DNA of 63,919 nt, the filler included, from Octopus bimaculoides (Eukaryota), in assembly GCF_001194135.2 (NCBI RefSeq). It is 5 parts of 4 records of this genome, joined end to end, with 100 filler letters (N's around TTAATTAATTAA, not from the genome) between each part and the next. Parts side by side here need not be neighbours in the genome. Positions count along the whole stretch, not along the records: positions 29,856 to 42,071 come from NC_069006.1; positions 42,172 to 52,609 come from NC_068994.1; 3 more parts are not named here. One strand, 5' to 3'. Position 1 is the first letter of the stretch; every line of letters begins with the position of its first letter. Under the pieces are notes generated by a model that was not told the origin of the DNA, searched no databases, and saw nothing but the letters and a program-made list of their open reading frames with translations. Below are positions 37,151 to 49,282 of the stretch, piece after piece. The translations under genes were made by a program, and so were the position numbers.

Positions 37151-38004
37151 AGATTGTTATTACATTAAACGCCTTTTAAATCTGTCATTCTTTTGAGAGT
37201 AAAGATAAAAATGTTGGCCTATCTTCATGTTTGACGGTTATAATTCTGCCGATGGATATGAAGGCAATTTTGATGTTTTTAAAGTCGAGGCAGAACACAA
37301 AACGGAAAGAAATGTGAACATTACTAGCAACGGTTATAGAAAAAAAATCCATTAGGCAGTCTTGAAGAAAAAAGACATTGATCATAGGATTACAGTTGAC
37401 AACGATATTGAATTAATCCAAATTTCTTCAGATCAGGATATTATTGCTAGCATGGTTAATGGTTAATCCCCTCCAAAATCAATCGAGATGAAATAATTTG
37501 TTTCGACAAAGATGATACTGCAAACGAAACAAGTGGAAAGGTGTTTTGGTATCAAGTTCTATGGTGAATAGACACGATTCTGTCTTATTTTTTAGTATAA
37601 TCCATATTTCTCTAAGTGTACATGATTAAAAATGGGATGATCGCTACAAAGGAAATGTCTACGAAAGAAAGTTACTTTTAGACAGATGAGTTTGGATTAT
37701 GTATGTATGGATCTGGGTGAGTGGTTGGGTATATGTATGTAAACCTACGTAGATTGAACAAGAATTTACCAACAGGATTAGTCGATTTTCGAAACTTATT
37801 TATTTCGAAAATCGACTAATACTTTATCTTTACCAATTAGCCAATCCCAGTGAAACATGCAGTCAGTTTGTTTGTATACACAACAAATCCAGCGGCTTCA
37901 GAGAACCGGAATGTCTAATTTGCATGCAATGTTTTATTTGTTACTAGCTTAAAAACCGCTCTCCGTGCGGACTTTTAAGCTGGCCCCTGCAGAGGGCTAA
38001 TTGG

Positions 38005-38146
38005 GCTTCCGTCTACCAAATCCACTCAGAAAGCCTTGGTCTCCCCGAGGCATTAATTGAAGACACTCGCCCTAGCTGCTGCGCAGTGGAACTGAACTCA
38101 GGACATAGTTGGGAAGCAAGCGTCTTAACCACACAGGAACGCCTGC

Positions 38147-38147
<1 letters not shown>
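38005..38147 (-). mobile_element. SINE family A 5' half
   Basis: Reverse-complement homolog of 57176-57300. Confidence 0.8.
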
Positions 38148-38194
<47 letters not shown>

Positions 38195-38705
38195 GTTTGT
38201 GTTTGGTGTGTATGTGTGTTGTGTACGTGTGTATGAATGTATGTATATTCCTGACAGTTAAGTCAATTGATTGATAAGACTGTGTCCTGAAGCTGACCCA
38301 CATCAGGTCCGGTATCTGTTTCTGACAGTTAAGTCAACAGATTGATAAGAATGTGGTCTGAGTGTGAATGAAATAGATAAGGTCCTTAATTTTTGAACAA
38401 ACAGCCAGATTGATTAATCGATAAACTGATATATGGGGCTGTAACAGATTGATGACAGTACGCTGTTTTCAACAGACAGCAGAACTGATTGGAAAACTAT
38501 AGTCTGAAGCTGAACTATATCGATAAGTTACCTATTTCTTCACACCGAGACGATGTTGAGAAGAGGTCCCCAACTAAAAGACTAATACCCAGCCGTTGAT
38601 CATTTGGTGCTGGGCCGCACATACAGAGCAGATTTCTAAATTTTATTTCTATTTTATAGTCTATTGCAGTCTGAAGAGTGTTTTTGCATTATATATGTAT
38701 TATAT

Positions 38706-38778
38706 ATATAATTTATGTAGTATATAATTAATTTATGTAGTATATAATTAATTTATGTAGTATAATTTATGTGGTATA
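38706..38778. repeat. 20-bp minisatellite
   Basis: TAATTTATGTAGTATATAAT x~3.5. Confidence 0.85.
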
Positions 38779-39403
38779 CAAACAGAACAAATTTAACCAT
38801 TTCTCTGTAGTTTAAAAACAAAATCAAGAACAACCTCCATCGATTTTCGAACCTAATTAGGGTTTCATTATAGATGTCTACATCACTTTGACCAATTCCA
38901 GAGAAATAAGCAGCCAGTCTGTTTATATACGAAAGCCATCCAGTAAGTTTATAGAACTGGCATTACTAATCCGTATACCATAAGTATTTAACTCTTTATT
39001 TGATATCGGGGGCTTGCCAACAGGGATCCTAGTCCCCACAGTATCAAGATATGATATGATATATGTAAACTATGCAGTAGATATATAAACAAGGTCAATT
39101 TAACTATTACCCTGTGTTATATATGGAGGGTACATCAGCCGAAACGTTGTGTTAACAACAAACAAGATGAGGACAAATATCTGTCAAATGTAAATAATAT
39201 ATATATAGGTATATGATAGGATTGCTTCAATGATCAAGGGGTAGTCTGTAGTATCTAAGCAACCAGGGGACAGTTAAATCCGAAGGCACTCCTGGAGATT
39301 ACTTGTGTGGGTACCGTCTTTGTTAGAAGGTATCCAGAGGCAGGTAATTTATCGTTTAAATCGCAGTTTATAATTATAATTAAATTCTCCATTCTCCACT
39401 TAA

Positions 39404-39448
<45 letters not shown>

Positions 39449-40035
39449 TGTGTATTTCTTCTATCTTAATGAATANNNNNNNNNNNNNNNNNNNNNNNNN
39501 NNNNNNNNNNNNNNNNNNNNNNNNNNNNNNNNNNNNNNNNNNNNNNNNNNNNNNNNNNNNNNNNNNNNNNNNNNNNNNNNNNNNNNNNNNNNNNNNNNNN
39601 NNNNNNNNNNNNNNNNNNNNNNNNNNNNNNNNNNNNNNNNNNNNNNNNNNNNNNNNNNNNNNNNNNNNNNNNNNNNNNNNNNNNNNNNNNNNNNNNNNNN
39701 NNNNNNNNNNNNNNNNNNNNNNNNNNNNNNNNNNNNNNNNNNNNNNNNNNNNNNNNNNNNNNNNNNNNNNNNNNNNNNNNNNNNNNNNNNNNNNNNNNNN
39801 NNNNNNNNNNNNNNNNNNNNNNNNNNNNNNNNNNNNNNNNNNNNNNNNNNNNNNNNNNNNNNNNNNNNNNNNNNNNNNNNNNNNNNNNNNNNNNNNNNNN
39901 NNNNNNNNNNNNNNNNNNNNNNNNNNNNNNNNNNCAGCATTTGGAAGGTTTTACAAATTTTCAAAGTTCCAGTGGTGGCTTAGATCTGAAGTCATCGAAT
40001 CAGATTTCCCTTTTCTGGTTTTGAGAAATGTATGT

Positions 40036-40150
40036 ATGTAGGTGTATATATATGTAGGTGTATATATATGTAGGTGTATATATATGTAGGTGTATATATA
40101 TGTAGGTGTATATATATGTAGATGTATATATATGTAGGTGTATATATATA
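40036..40150. repeat. 16-bp minisatellite
   Basis: ATGTAGGTGTATATAT x~7. Confidence 0.9.
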
Positions 40151-40253
40151 TGTATATGTATGGGAGAATGTACGAAAAAAACAACAACAGACGAGAACAG
40201 GTGGTGTAAACAACAAAAGGATGTATTAGTATGACGCTCGGGAATACGGAAAG

Positions 40254-40290
40254 TCTTTGACGTTTCGAGCTACGCTCTTCAACAGAAAGA
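40254..40290 (-). ncRNA. Atypical minimal type-I hammerhead-like motif
   Basis: TCTTT-CTGTTGA-A-GAGC-GTA-GCTC-GAAA-CG-TC-AAAGA: stems I and II pair, but the core deviates from CUGANGA. Confidence 0.45.
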
Positions 40291-40808
40291 ATACGGAGAA
40301 AACAAGGAGAAAAACACGGAGAAAAAAAATTGAATAGTGTTCGGTCAGCGGTCAATCATAGTATATATGTATATGTATATGTATATGGATAAAGTAGTCA
40401 CAGACGTTCACAGTGAATACCCAATCATCCTGAGTATGTAACTGTTTTAGCCGATGCACAATAGACTTAATTATAAACATTGTTTACACGCGATGACTAT
40501 TAAGATTAATTAAAGTCACTTAATTACCGCTTTTTAGTACATTTTATAAACAAAACGCAGCAAGATTAATTAAACTGATTTAATCATTGTTTTCTAGTGC
40601 ATTATATAATTATCCATATTGTATTTTAGCTGCTAAAGAGCTTCCATATATGAACAATATTTATAACTGTATCTATTGTGTGCCGACTCCGACGTTAACA
40701 CTCTCTACGTCACTTCCGATTTGTACCTGAGGTGGCGGGCAATATGGTGGGTCTTTCATCGAGGATCCGTTCGACAAGTTAGTTTACTTATATGTGTGTG
40801 TGAGTGTG

Positions 40809-40851
<43 letters not shown>

Positions 40852-40853
<2 letters not shown>

Positions 40854-40998
40854 TTGTCTGTTTGTTTCTCGTCAACCGGTGTTGGTTTGTTTATGTCTCT
40901 GTAACTTAGCAGTTCGGCAAAACAGAGACCAGTACAATAAGTAGTAGACTATAAAAATAATATGTAGTGGGGATGGAGTCTAATGTGTTCGACTAAAA
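40852..40998 (+). mobile_element. SINE family A 3' half
   Basis: GTAACTTAGCAGTTCGGCAAAACAGAGACC...AATAAGTAGTAG...GTTCGACTAAA. Confidence 0.75.
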
Positions 40999-41339
40999 NN
41001 NNNNNNNNNNNNNNNNNNNNNNNNNNNNNNNNNNNNNNNNNNNNNNNNNNNNNNNNNNNNNNNNNNNNNNNNNNNNNNNNNNNNNNNNNNNNNNNNNNNN
41101 NNNNNNNNNNNNNNNNNNNNNNNNNNNNNNNNNNNNNNNNNNNNNNNNNNNNNNNNNNNNNNNNNNNNNNNNNNNNNNNNNNNNNNNNNNNNNNNNNNNN
41201 NNNNNNNNNACGTGCGTATTATAGTGTTAGTTGTAAACAACGAGGTTACACGCTGGTTATTGTATTCATGTATTTATTTATATTTTTTGTGAAAAACTTT
41301 GAAGTGGCCATTACACACACACATACAGACACTCCAATA

Positions 41340-41575
41340 CGAGGTTGTGGTGAAAAATCCTTGGTTTTGGATCAAAGAAAATAAAAGGGGCATCAGGTAA
41401 TTATGATTTTATTCAGCATATTCCCTTCTCAGATTCACACATTTATTGCAGCAGTCCTTTCAGTTTTTCTAAGCCCCATAAAAGAACTTGGAAGGTTGGG
41501 CTTCCGACCGAGAACTTCGTGATACCGTAAAAGCCATGAACCTTTTTCAGCACGCGATTATTTAATAAGCGGTGC
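41340..41575. mobile_element. Mariner-derived end fragment with terminal TA/CGAGG
   Basis: TA-CGAGGTTGTGGTGAAAAATCC end; homologous to 27730-27960. Confidence 0.7.
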
Positions 41576-41696
41576 TGAAATTTACAATCTGTAAATAATA
41601 ACAATAATATATTTTTTATAAGCTTGAAACTTACAAAAGATATATTATTATTATTATTTACAGGCACACACACACACACACACACGCACACACAAT

Positions 41697-41815
41697 AGGG
41701 GCTTCTGGAAAATTCCTGGCTTTGAGTAAAAGAATGATTTTATTCAACATATTCCCATCCCAGACTCGCACACTTACTGCAGAGGTCCTTAAGTTTTTCT
41801 AAGTCCTGTAAAAGT
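41697..41815. mobile_element. Second mariner-derived end fragment
   Basis: ATTTTATTCAACATATTCCCATCCCAGACTCGCACACTTACTGCAG homologous to 41400-41490. Confidence 0.65.
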
Positions 41816-41825
41816 CTGTCATACC

Positions 41826-41865
41826 GGCCATGACGAAGGGAAATAGCCCTGAAACTCGAGTCGCC
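41826..41865 (+). ncRNA. Minimal type-I hammerhead ribozyme-like motif
   Basis: GGC-C(A)TGACGA-AGGG-AAATAG-CCCT-GAAA-C-TCGA-G-TC-GCC: all three stems pair, palindromic stem-III loop, one extra base in the core. Confidence 0.6.
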
Positions 41866-42071
41866 TTTATATATTTATATTTATATATTTGATCCTTTAT
41901 ATTGAACACTCAATATTTCATCTACATTCAATACTTTATTTCATGGTGCCATCCATTTTTATTTTATATTATATATTGTATATTATATTATATATTGTAT
42001 ATTCCATATTCTATACCCCACATTGGTTCTGCAGGAATATAAATAAAACATAAAAAACAGACAGTGTTGGA

Positions 42072-42171
42072 NNNNNNNNNNNNNNNNNNNNNNNNNNNNN
42101 NNNNNNNNNNNNNNNTTAATTAATTAANNNNNNNNNNNNNNNNNNNNNNNNNNNNNNNNNNNNNNNNNNNN
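42072..42171. other. Artificial scaffold spacer 44N-TTAATTAATTAA-44N
   Basis: Same 100-bp structure. Confidence 0.97.
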
Positions 42172-42179
42172 TATATATC

Positions 42180-42566
42180 TTTTTTTTACTTGTTTCAGTC
42201 ATTTGACTGTGGCCATGCTGGAGCACCACCTTTTAGTCGAGCAGATCGATATCAGGACTTATTAATTGTAAGCCTAGTACTTATTCTATCGATCTCTTTT
42301 GCCGAACCGTTAACTTGCGGGGACGTAAACAAACCAGCATCGGTTGTCGCGATGTTGGGGGACAAACATATACACGCACATACATATATATACATATATA
42401 CGACGGGCTTCTTTCAGTTTCCGTCTACCGAATCCACTCACAAAGCTTTGGTCAGCCCGAGGCTATAGTAGAAGACACTTGCCCAAGGTGCCACGCAGTG
42501 GGACTGAACCCGGAACCATTTGGTTGGTAAGAAAACTACTTATTACACAGATACTCCTACGCCTGC
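42180..42566 (-). mobile_element. SINE family A, full length
   Basis: Head, body, internal (TA/CA) microsatellite, 3' half and GGTGCTCCAGCATGGCCACAGTCAAATGACTGAAACAAG tail all present. Confidence 0.92.
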
Positions 42567-42840
42567 GTAGTTATACAGATATAGGGTAAAAATTAATAAT
42601 TAGTAATTTTACCAAGTAGTTCGTAGTGTTAAAAAACCATTATCGGTAAATTCATATAAACATAATCAAAACTTAGGGTTCAGCAGGCGTTGCTTCACCA
42701 CACACCGAAAATTAGAAATAGCAGCCAAAACTACTATTTCTCTACTAAAATACGACTCCCAAAACAGCAATACTCGCAAACTACAAAGGCAAAAGAGAAA
42801 AAATGCCTGCTGAAACCTAAATTTTAATTATATATAAATA

Positions 42841-42876
<36 letters not shown>

Positions 42877-44264
42877 TATTTTCATATATATGGTAGCGCG
42901 CATATATTTGAGAATCCTTGTGTGTTACTAAGTACAAATTCACGATAACAACACCTATAGAAATGAGTAAAACATTTTGAATTACATTAAAGTGATATGT
43001 GGGACAGCTTAAGCCAATGATAAGCACACCTTAATAGAAACTTAAACACATAACATTTACATATAAGCAAGCAGAAGATACAAAACGAAAAGTACATAGA
43101 CAAGGACATACTGATATACACAGTCATGCACTTATATTCACATGCACACGAAAACCAAGAAACATATATTTCACGAAAATTGAGGAACATTCACACACAC
43201 ATAGATATATTGACATACATTCACAAATACACACATGAATACACCTCTTATTTTCTGTTTCGCTTTTCCTTTCAATACATTTCTCTTATTCTAAAGGTTT
43301 GTTTATTTATAGATTTTTCAACCGTTTTTTTTTTCTTTTTCTTCTAAATTTTCACATATTTCTGGTTTCAAGAACACAGAGAATACCAGTACACATTCAA
43401 TCTGACACTAATTATCCTAGCCATATTTAGCAGATAAAAGTAGCAAACCAAGGCGATGTTTGTGTAAAGAATTTAACCAAATAATATGAACAATGACCTT
43501 ACTAATAAATCTGCAGGAATTCTACTCTCTTTTTCTGAAAGATTCAGAATGTGTTTGAAATACTGCAGTTATTTCTTTGTTTCTGAACACTTCATGATCT
43601 AGCATCTCATGTTTAAATTAGTAACATCGCTGATATCCAGTATGATTGTAGCAATCTAGTTACATATAGAAGTTGTTCAATAAAATACAATTACTTTTCT
43701 TTTTCAATTATTAGAATTGCCTTTTAATTTACATTATTTTTTTGTCTCTTATTTTACGTTAATTTCTCAATTTCATCATTATTCTAACTTTCTACTTCCA
43801 CCCCTTAAACCTTCAATATTGTTCCTGGTCAGATCATTTTCTTTGTTTTCATTTTCTAATTCAATGCACTGTAGTCATCACTAATTTTCTCACTTCATTT
43901 CAGTCTCTATTATCCACTCTTTCCTAGTTTGTCATTAAATCTCGCTCATGTTTACTATAGGATTATTTTACTTAATTTTGTTATTGTCCTTAATTAACTA
44001 TAATTAACAATTAACTATTGACATCTAGGGACTGACACATTTGTTCAATCGGTATCGTTTATCTCCACTATTCAAACATTTACTCATCAATGCATTATTA
44101 ACTAACTTACTGTTATCGTGTCAGCACCAATGATTCAGAGTTGCTTTTGTTACACCCTCACCACTACCCCCACTACTGCAACATATTATTCTATATCTTG
44201 ATCAACCGAACTTTAACCCCACTTTGCACTTCACTCTTGTTTTATCTCAATACTTATGTATTTA

Positions 44265-44452
44265 AATCGTTAACACACCGGACAAAATGCTTGACGGCAT
44301 TTCTCCCGATTTTACGTTCTGAGTTCAAATGCCGCCGGAGTCGACTTTGCTCTTCATCCTTTATAAAATAAGTCACCCACTGGGGTTGATATAATCGACT
44401 TAACTCCTCCTCCGAAATCGCTGACCTTGCACCAGAATTTGAAACCAATATT
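44265..44452 (+). mobile_element. SINE family B, diverged (tail variant 3)
   Basis: GTTCTGAGTTCAAATGCCGCCGGAGTCGACTTTGC...AAATCGCTGACCTTGCACCAGAATTTGAAACC. Confidence 0.8.
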
Positions 44453-45373
44453 TGAGTTAGCGACAACAGTTTATGTAGCGAGCATACCCCACCCACAAAA
44501 AAAAACCAAAAAAAACTTAGAAATAATTTTACAGTTAGGAAAAAATATATACTTGTCATTCACTTGACGAGATTTTAACTTTTTCAGCAATTGTTGGAGA
44601 TAAATTGATACATGCTTTGGTCTTTTAATGACCTCATTAGAGAAGTGTGGACTATCTCAAATTTGTAAAAAAATTAATAGAAGAATAATAAAGGTACAAA
44701 AATGTAGACTTGCTAGTGTAGAAAAAATAGAATTGGTCAGGGATACAATCTCATAAAAAACAATAGTTAAGTTAGTGTTTTCATGTGAATTATTAGTGTT
44801 ATTTATTCTCTAAACAATTCTTATCTCTATTATCACTATTTTCCCAAAACATAGAGCTTCTATATAAAAGTAGTTACTTTCTATTACCAATGAAGATTAA
44901 TTTAACGATTATTATAACAATAATCTCGTTTAAAGTGTCTTATATAATCAAAACTTTAATGATTAACTGCAAATTTAATAGAATCCTCCGGCTGAGATTT
45001 CAGTAGTAAAAGAATATTTCCCTTCGTAAAGGCTATTGGAAACACAAACACTTCATTGTGATCCCTATCGTTGGAAGTGACTGACCTGTTGGAAACATTT
45101 AACCAACGTCGCTTATGTTCACAAATAACAATACAAAATAAATGTATAAATTCCGTCATTTCCAATCAATTAATTAGCACAAACCAAACACTACTTCTGA
45201 AGAAATAATCTCAAGCTCATTCATTACTTACACAGAACCCTCACTAGTGCAAAGTCTTTTAATATATGCTATTCTCTTAAGACAGTGAGAAAAATCTTCT
45301 TAATTTGCCAGAAATGGCTTATCAAAAACTGTGGGAAAATTCAGATATGTGTTATCACCCTATAAGGAAGGAA

Positions 45374-45484
<111 letters not shown>

Positions 45485-46067
45485 TCTTTCAATCTAATCA
45501 AGGTGAAAATAACTTGGGAAAACAATGGCTTGGAGTGAAAAAGTGGGAAAAAGCAGAATGAATTGTTAAAACGGTTCTTATGTTGAAGTAATTTTTTTTT
45601 TATCCTTTCTTAATATATATCTCTAAAAATGTAGATCTCAAAATCACATCTACTCAAATATTTATAATTGCATATTTTGAAGTTATTGTTTTATTTTACT
45701 TCATTTCTCTCATATACTATTTTAAGTTTATGACATTGTCTATTTTTGTTTATCTTTACTTTTATTTTAAGTTTACCAAATACACTTATTGCTTATCATA
45801 TATTCTATCAAAAAAAAAAAATAACTGACATGTTTTGAAGGAATATCCAACATATAAAGAATAGACTTAATGTATATATCTATACCAAAAAGCACTATCG
45901 TATATACATACATTTATGTACACGTATTCATATAAGTATGAACACACATATATGCATTTACGTAAGCATGTATACATACACATGGGTATAGTTTGTGTAT
46001 CGGTGCGTGCATGAAAGCTTCGAAGTGACAGTAGCATAAACAAAGTAGTGCATAGTGAACCGCCAAC

Positions 46068-46207
46068 CACTAGCGTAGCTAGAGTGTGTGCCGCCCGAGG
46101 CGGCCCTTCCGTTTGCCGCCTCCCGACCCCACAAAAAACGCATATTGCCTACAGTAGACCCCAAAGTGCCGTCCGGGTCGGACTGCCCTCCCCTAGCTAC
46201 GCTAGTG
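46068..46207. mobile_element. GC-rich hAT-like MITE (140 bp)
   Basis: Perfect 15-bp TIRs CACTAGCGTAGCTAG / CTAGCTACGCTAGTG; 8-bp TSD CCGCCAAC / CCGACAAC (7 of 8 match). Confidence 0.85.
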
Positions 46208-46239
46208 CCGACAACCGATAAATAAACTCTCACCTGTCT

Positions 46240-47560
46240 ATCTCTCTACATTTGAATGTTCCGCGTGCAACAACTCAATAGCTAACAATGTATCTGCCGT
46301 ACCAGAGCTCATATCAACATCTGGACTATTCAGTTGGATGCTAAATGAGATGCAGTCTTTTGATGAAAAAGCTCAAAAATTGCTTATCAACAGTGATGTT
46401 GAATGCCTTTACTAAAACTGAAATAGCAGAAGCCTAGCATCGATCAAAACTTTGACTCTCGTATTATATCCATTCAACAATATCTAACATCCAAACGTCG
46501 AAACTCAGTTTTGGATCGAGTTTGCATGCGTGAAGCCGGTAAAACCAAGGGAGTTGAAAGGCACTTATTAAAAAGTATTCTCTGGTTGATGACCGAGGGT
46601 AGATACTCAAAGATGTTGCACAACTCTACTGCACTAGGCAGATGAGAAGCTGCATACATACCAGCAAAAGGTCATGCATGGTTATACTTCCAAGAGGTTT
46701 CAAAGTGATAACAACATTGGTAACCAGAATAGTAGTCTTGTATTAACAATCGGGATATTAGCTCTTACTTTGAAGGATATACTTTTACAATACAGGAGTA
46801 GAAAACAGCCACAAAATACCCGATGCACAAAAAGGATAGTGATATTGGTAATCTAGATGCAGGCTTTGTGAAATTAACATTGGATGTCTGTCCAAAACGT
46901 CTTTATGGTATTACCTACTTATGAGAAACTACGTAATGAAATCTATTAAAAAGATAATTCCGACAAATATAAAAAGCTGTGATGTGGAGTGCATAACAAC
47001 ATATGTTTCGGAAGAATATCGGTAAAATGTTCCTGTTAAGACTTCAATAAAATGCTAGTACAAGAGCCAACACATAATGATCTGGGACAAGGGGAAAAAA
47101 GCTATGCATAGTATATGAAATCAATTGCCCCGTGAAAAAGAGAACATCCATGCGGAATTGATGAGATCTGCAGGTAGTTCATCCAGACAATAATTTTAGA
47201 TTTCTACCTGTTGGAGTACTTGGATCTGTGAGAACCAACCTTAAGAAGTCTGGATTAATGAAACCAGAAAGAAAACGTCTTATCAGAAGATTCCACCTAC
47301 AAGCTGTCAAAGGTACTATAAAAATAAGTGAAACATTCATGAAATTCAGTATATAGTAATAACAACCGTTCACAGAGTACACATATACATACATATGTAT
47401 ACGTATTTATTTGTATGAGCATAGATGTGCACATGCATACGAATATATAGACAGGACAATCCTGGTTGATGTTCAATGAAAGAAATCTGATTCTAAGCGA
47501 CACACCGACTCATTCTCCATTGGTGTGAAATTGGTGAAAAATAAAATCAAGAACACACAC
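46240..47560 (+). mobile_element. R4/Dong-clade LINE 3' third (post-RT, RLE endonuclease, 3' UTR), copy 3
   Basis: NNVSAVPELI..., KVMHGY..., SYFEGYTFTIQE, NVPVKTSIKC..HIMIWDKGKKLCIVYEINCP, ...GTIKISETFMKFSI* (stop ~47357); decayed. Confidence 0.8.
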
Positions 47561-47609
47561 ACACATGCACACGCACACGCGTGAATGCGCGCACACACAC
47601 ACACACACG

Positions 47610-47766
47610 TGACTATCTAGTGGAAGTTTAAATGCCAATGAAAGAGCCTTGTTCTTATTAAAAAAAAACAGGCTCTTGCTTTATTGTGAGAAGTTTGAAA
47701 AATAAAACAGTACATACACACATACATACATACACACATACGTACGTACGTACATACATACATACA

Positions 47767-47799
<33 letters not shown>

Positions 47800-47800
47800 G
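47610..47800 (+). mobile_element. Second LINE-type 3' tail followed by (TACA)n
   Basis: CCAATGAAAGAGCCTTG...AAATAAAAC resembles 47470-47550 (TCAATGAAAGAAATCTG...AAATAAAATC). Confidence 0.5.
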
Positions 47801-48269
47801 GGATTTTTCTACGACAATATCGGAAACTCAATTAAAGCGAAATATGTTTACATGTTCCTCTATATACATAGACAGGCAGAAAAGCAACAAACAACAACAC
47901 AAATAAGAATAGGTATAATTAAGCAACACTAATAAGTGAAATGAAAGGAATCTATGGTAGGAAGTAGAAGATAGGTGATTAATCAATAATAAAGGTCAGT
48001 TTAAAGATAGAAAAGGTGAGGAGAGAGAGCAAAGGTAAAGAACGCTAGTGAAATGCAATAAAGTGTGGTAGAGCAGATAATTATTTCTTTACGTGAACTA
48101 GAGGATAGCATAGAGAGTATTCATCCACTATAGTATACATAAAGTAGTTCTATAGTTATGATTGATACGAACGAGAGAAACAGGTATCATATTCACATCA
48201 TTAAAATTTAGGCGTTCAAATATAAAATTCAGTCACTTATCCCTACCTCCCACTGTTTCACTAAATAAA

Positions 48270-48421
48270 TATATGTGTGTGTGTCTGCACGTGTGTGTGT
48301 GTGTGAGTGTGTGAGAATGTGTGTGCGCGCGCGCGGGCGTGTNNNNNNNNNNNNNNNNNNNNNNNNNNNNNNNNNNNNNNNNNNNNNNNNNNNNNNNNNN
48401 NNNNNNNNNNNNNNNNNNNNN

Positions 48422-48508
<87 letters not shown>

Positions 48509-48900
48509 CAGATCTATATTTACAGACATGCGTACACACACTCATATGTTATGGTTTTACTTGTTTCAGTAAAGTGAGGCCCCAGTGCTTCTACTTTTAA
48601 TGGCTTTCGCCAAATCACTGTGTTACAGGTATATAAATAACCTAACATCTGTTGCCATGCGGTGTCGGGGACAAACACTAAGGCATGCAGAAGCATACAT
48701 ACAGACACAGGTATAAATATAAAAGAGTGTGTTTCCATTATGTGCGAGTCTGTATGTATGTGTGTGTGTGTGTATATATATATATATGTGTGTGTGTGTG
48801 NNNNNNNNNNNNNNNNNNNNNNNNNNNNNNNNNNNNNNNNNNNNNNNNNNNNNNNNNNNNNNNNNNNNNNNNNNNNNNNNNNNNNNNNNNNNNNNNNNNN

Positions 48901-48935
<35 letters not shown>

Positions 48936-48965
48936 TATAAATATATATAGGCGCCTATATATATA
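48270..48965. repeat. (GT)/(TA)/(CA) microsatellite field with gaps and a degenerate SINE A tail
   Basis: Direct inspection. Confidence 0.8.
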
Positions 48966-49074
48966 TATTTATTCATTAATACTTAGCAGAAGTGTTAAAT
49001 ATTAATGAAGATATACATATACTCATTTTGAGTTTTATTTTTCCTCTGTGCACCAATGTCCCTTTATTCTATTA

Positions 49075-49249
49075 GTTGTTTCAGTCGTTTGATTGTGGCC
49101 ATGCTGGAGCAATGCCTTTTAGATGAAGAAAATGATACCTGGACTTATTCTCTGCCGAACTGTTAAGTTATAGGGAGGTAAACACACCAACACTGGTCAT
49201 CAAGTGATGGTGGGTGGGGACAAACACATGCACAAACACACGCACATAA

Positions 49250-49260
<11 letters not shown>
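49075..49260 (-). mobile_element. SINE family A 3' half
   Basis: TTGTTTCAGTCGTTTGATTGTGGCCATGCTGGAGCA...GCCGAACTGTTAAGTTA. Confidence 0.8.
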
Positions 49261-49280
<20 letters not shown>

Positions 49281-49282
49281 TA

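Noticed and set aside
37945-37977. Stem-loop AGCTTAAAA...TTTTAAGCT, possibly a Helitron-like end
   Set aside because: Short AT-rich arms and no associated element body.
38250-38350. Direct repeat enclosing CTGAAGCTGACC...GGTC, a hammerhead-like vestige
   Set aside because: Lacks GAAA and the cleavage triplet.
39121-39155. GAGGGTACATCAGCCGAAACGTT hammerhead-like vestige (similar case at 26170-26215 minus)
   Set aside because: CUGANGA core absent and stem II weak.
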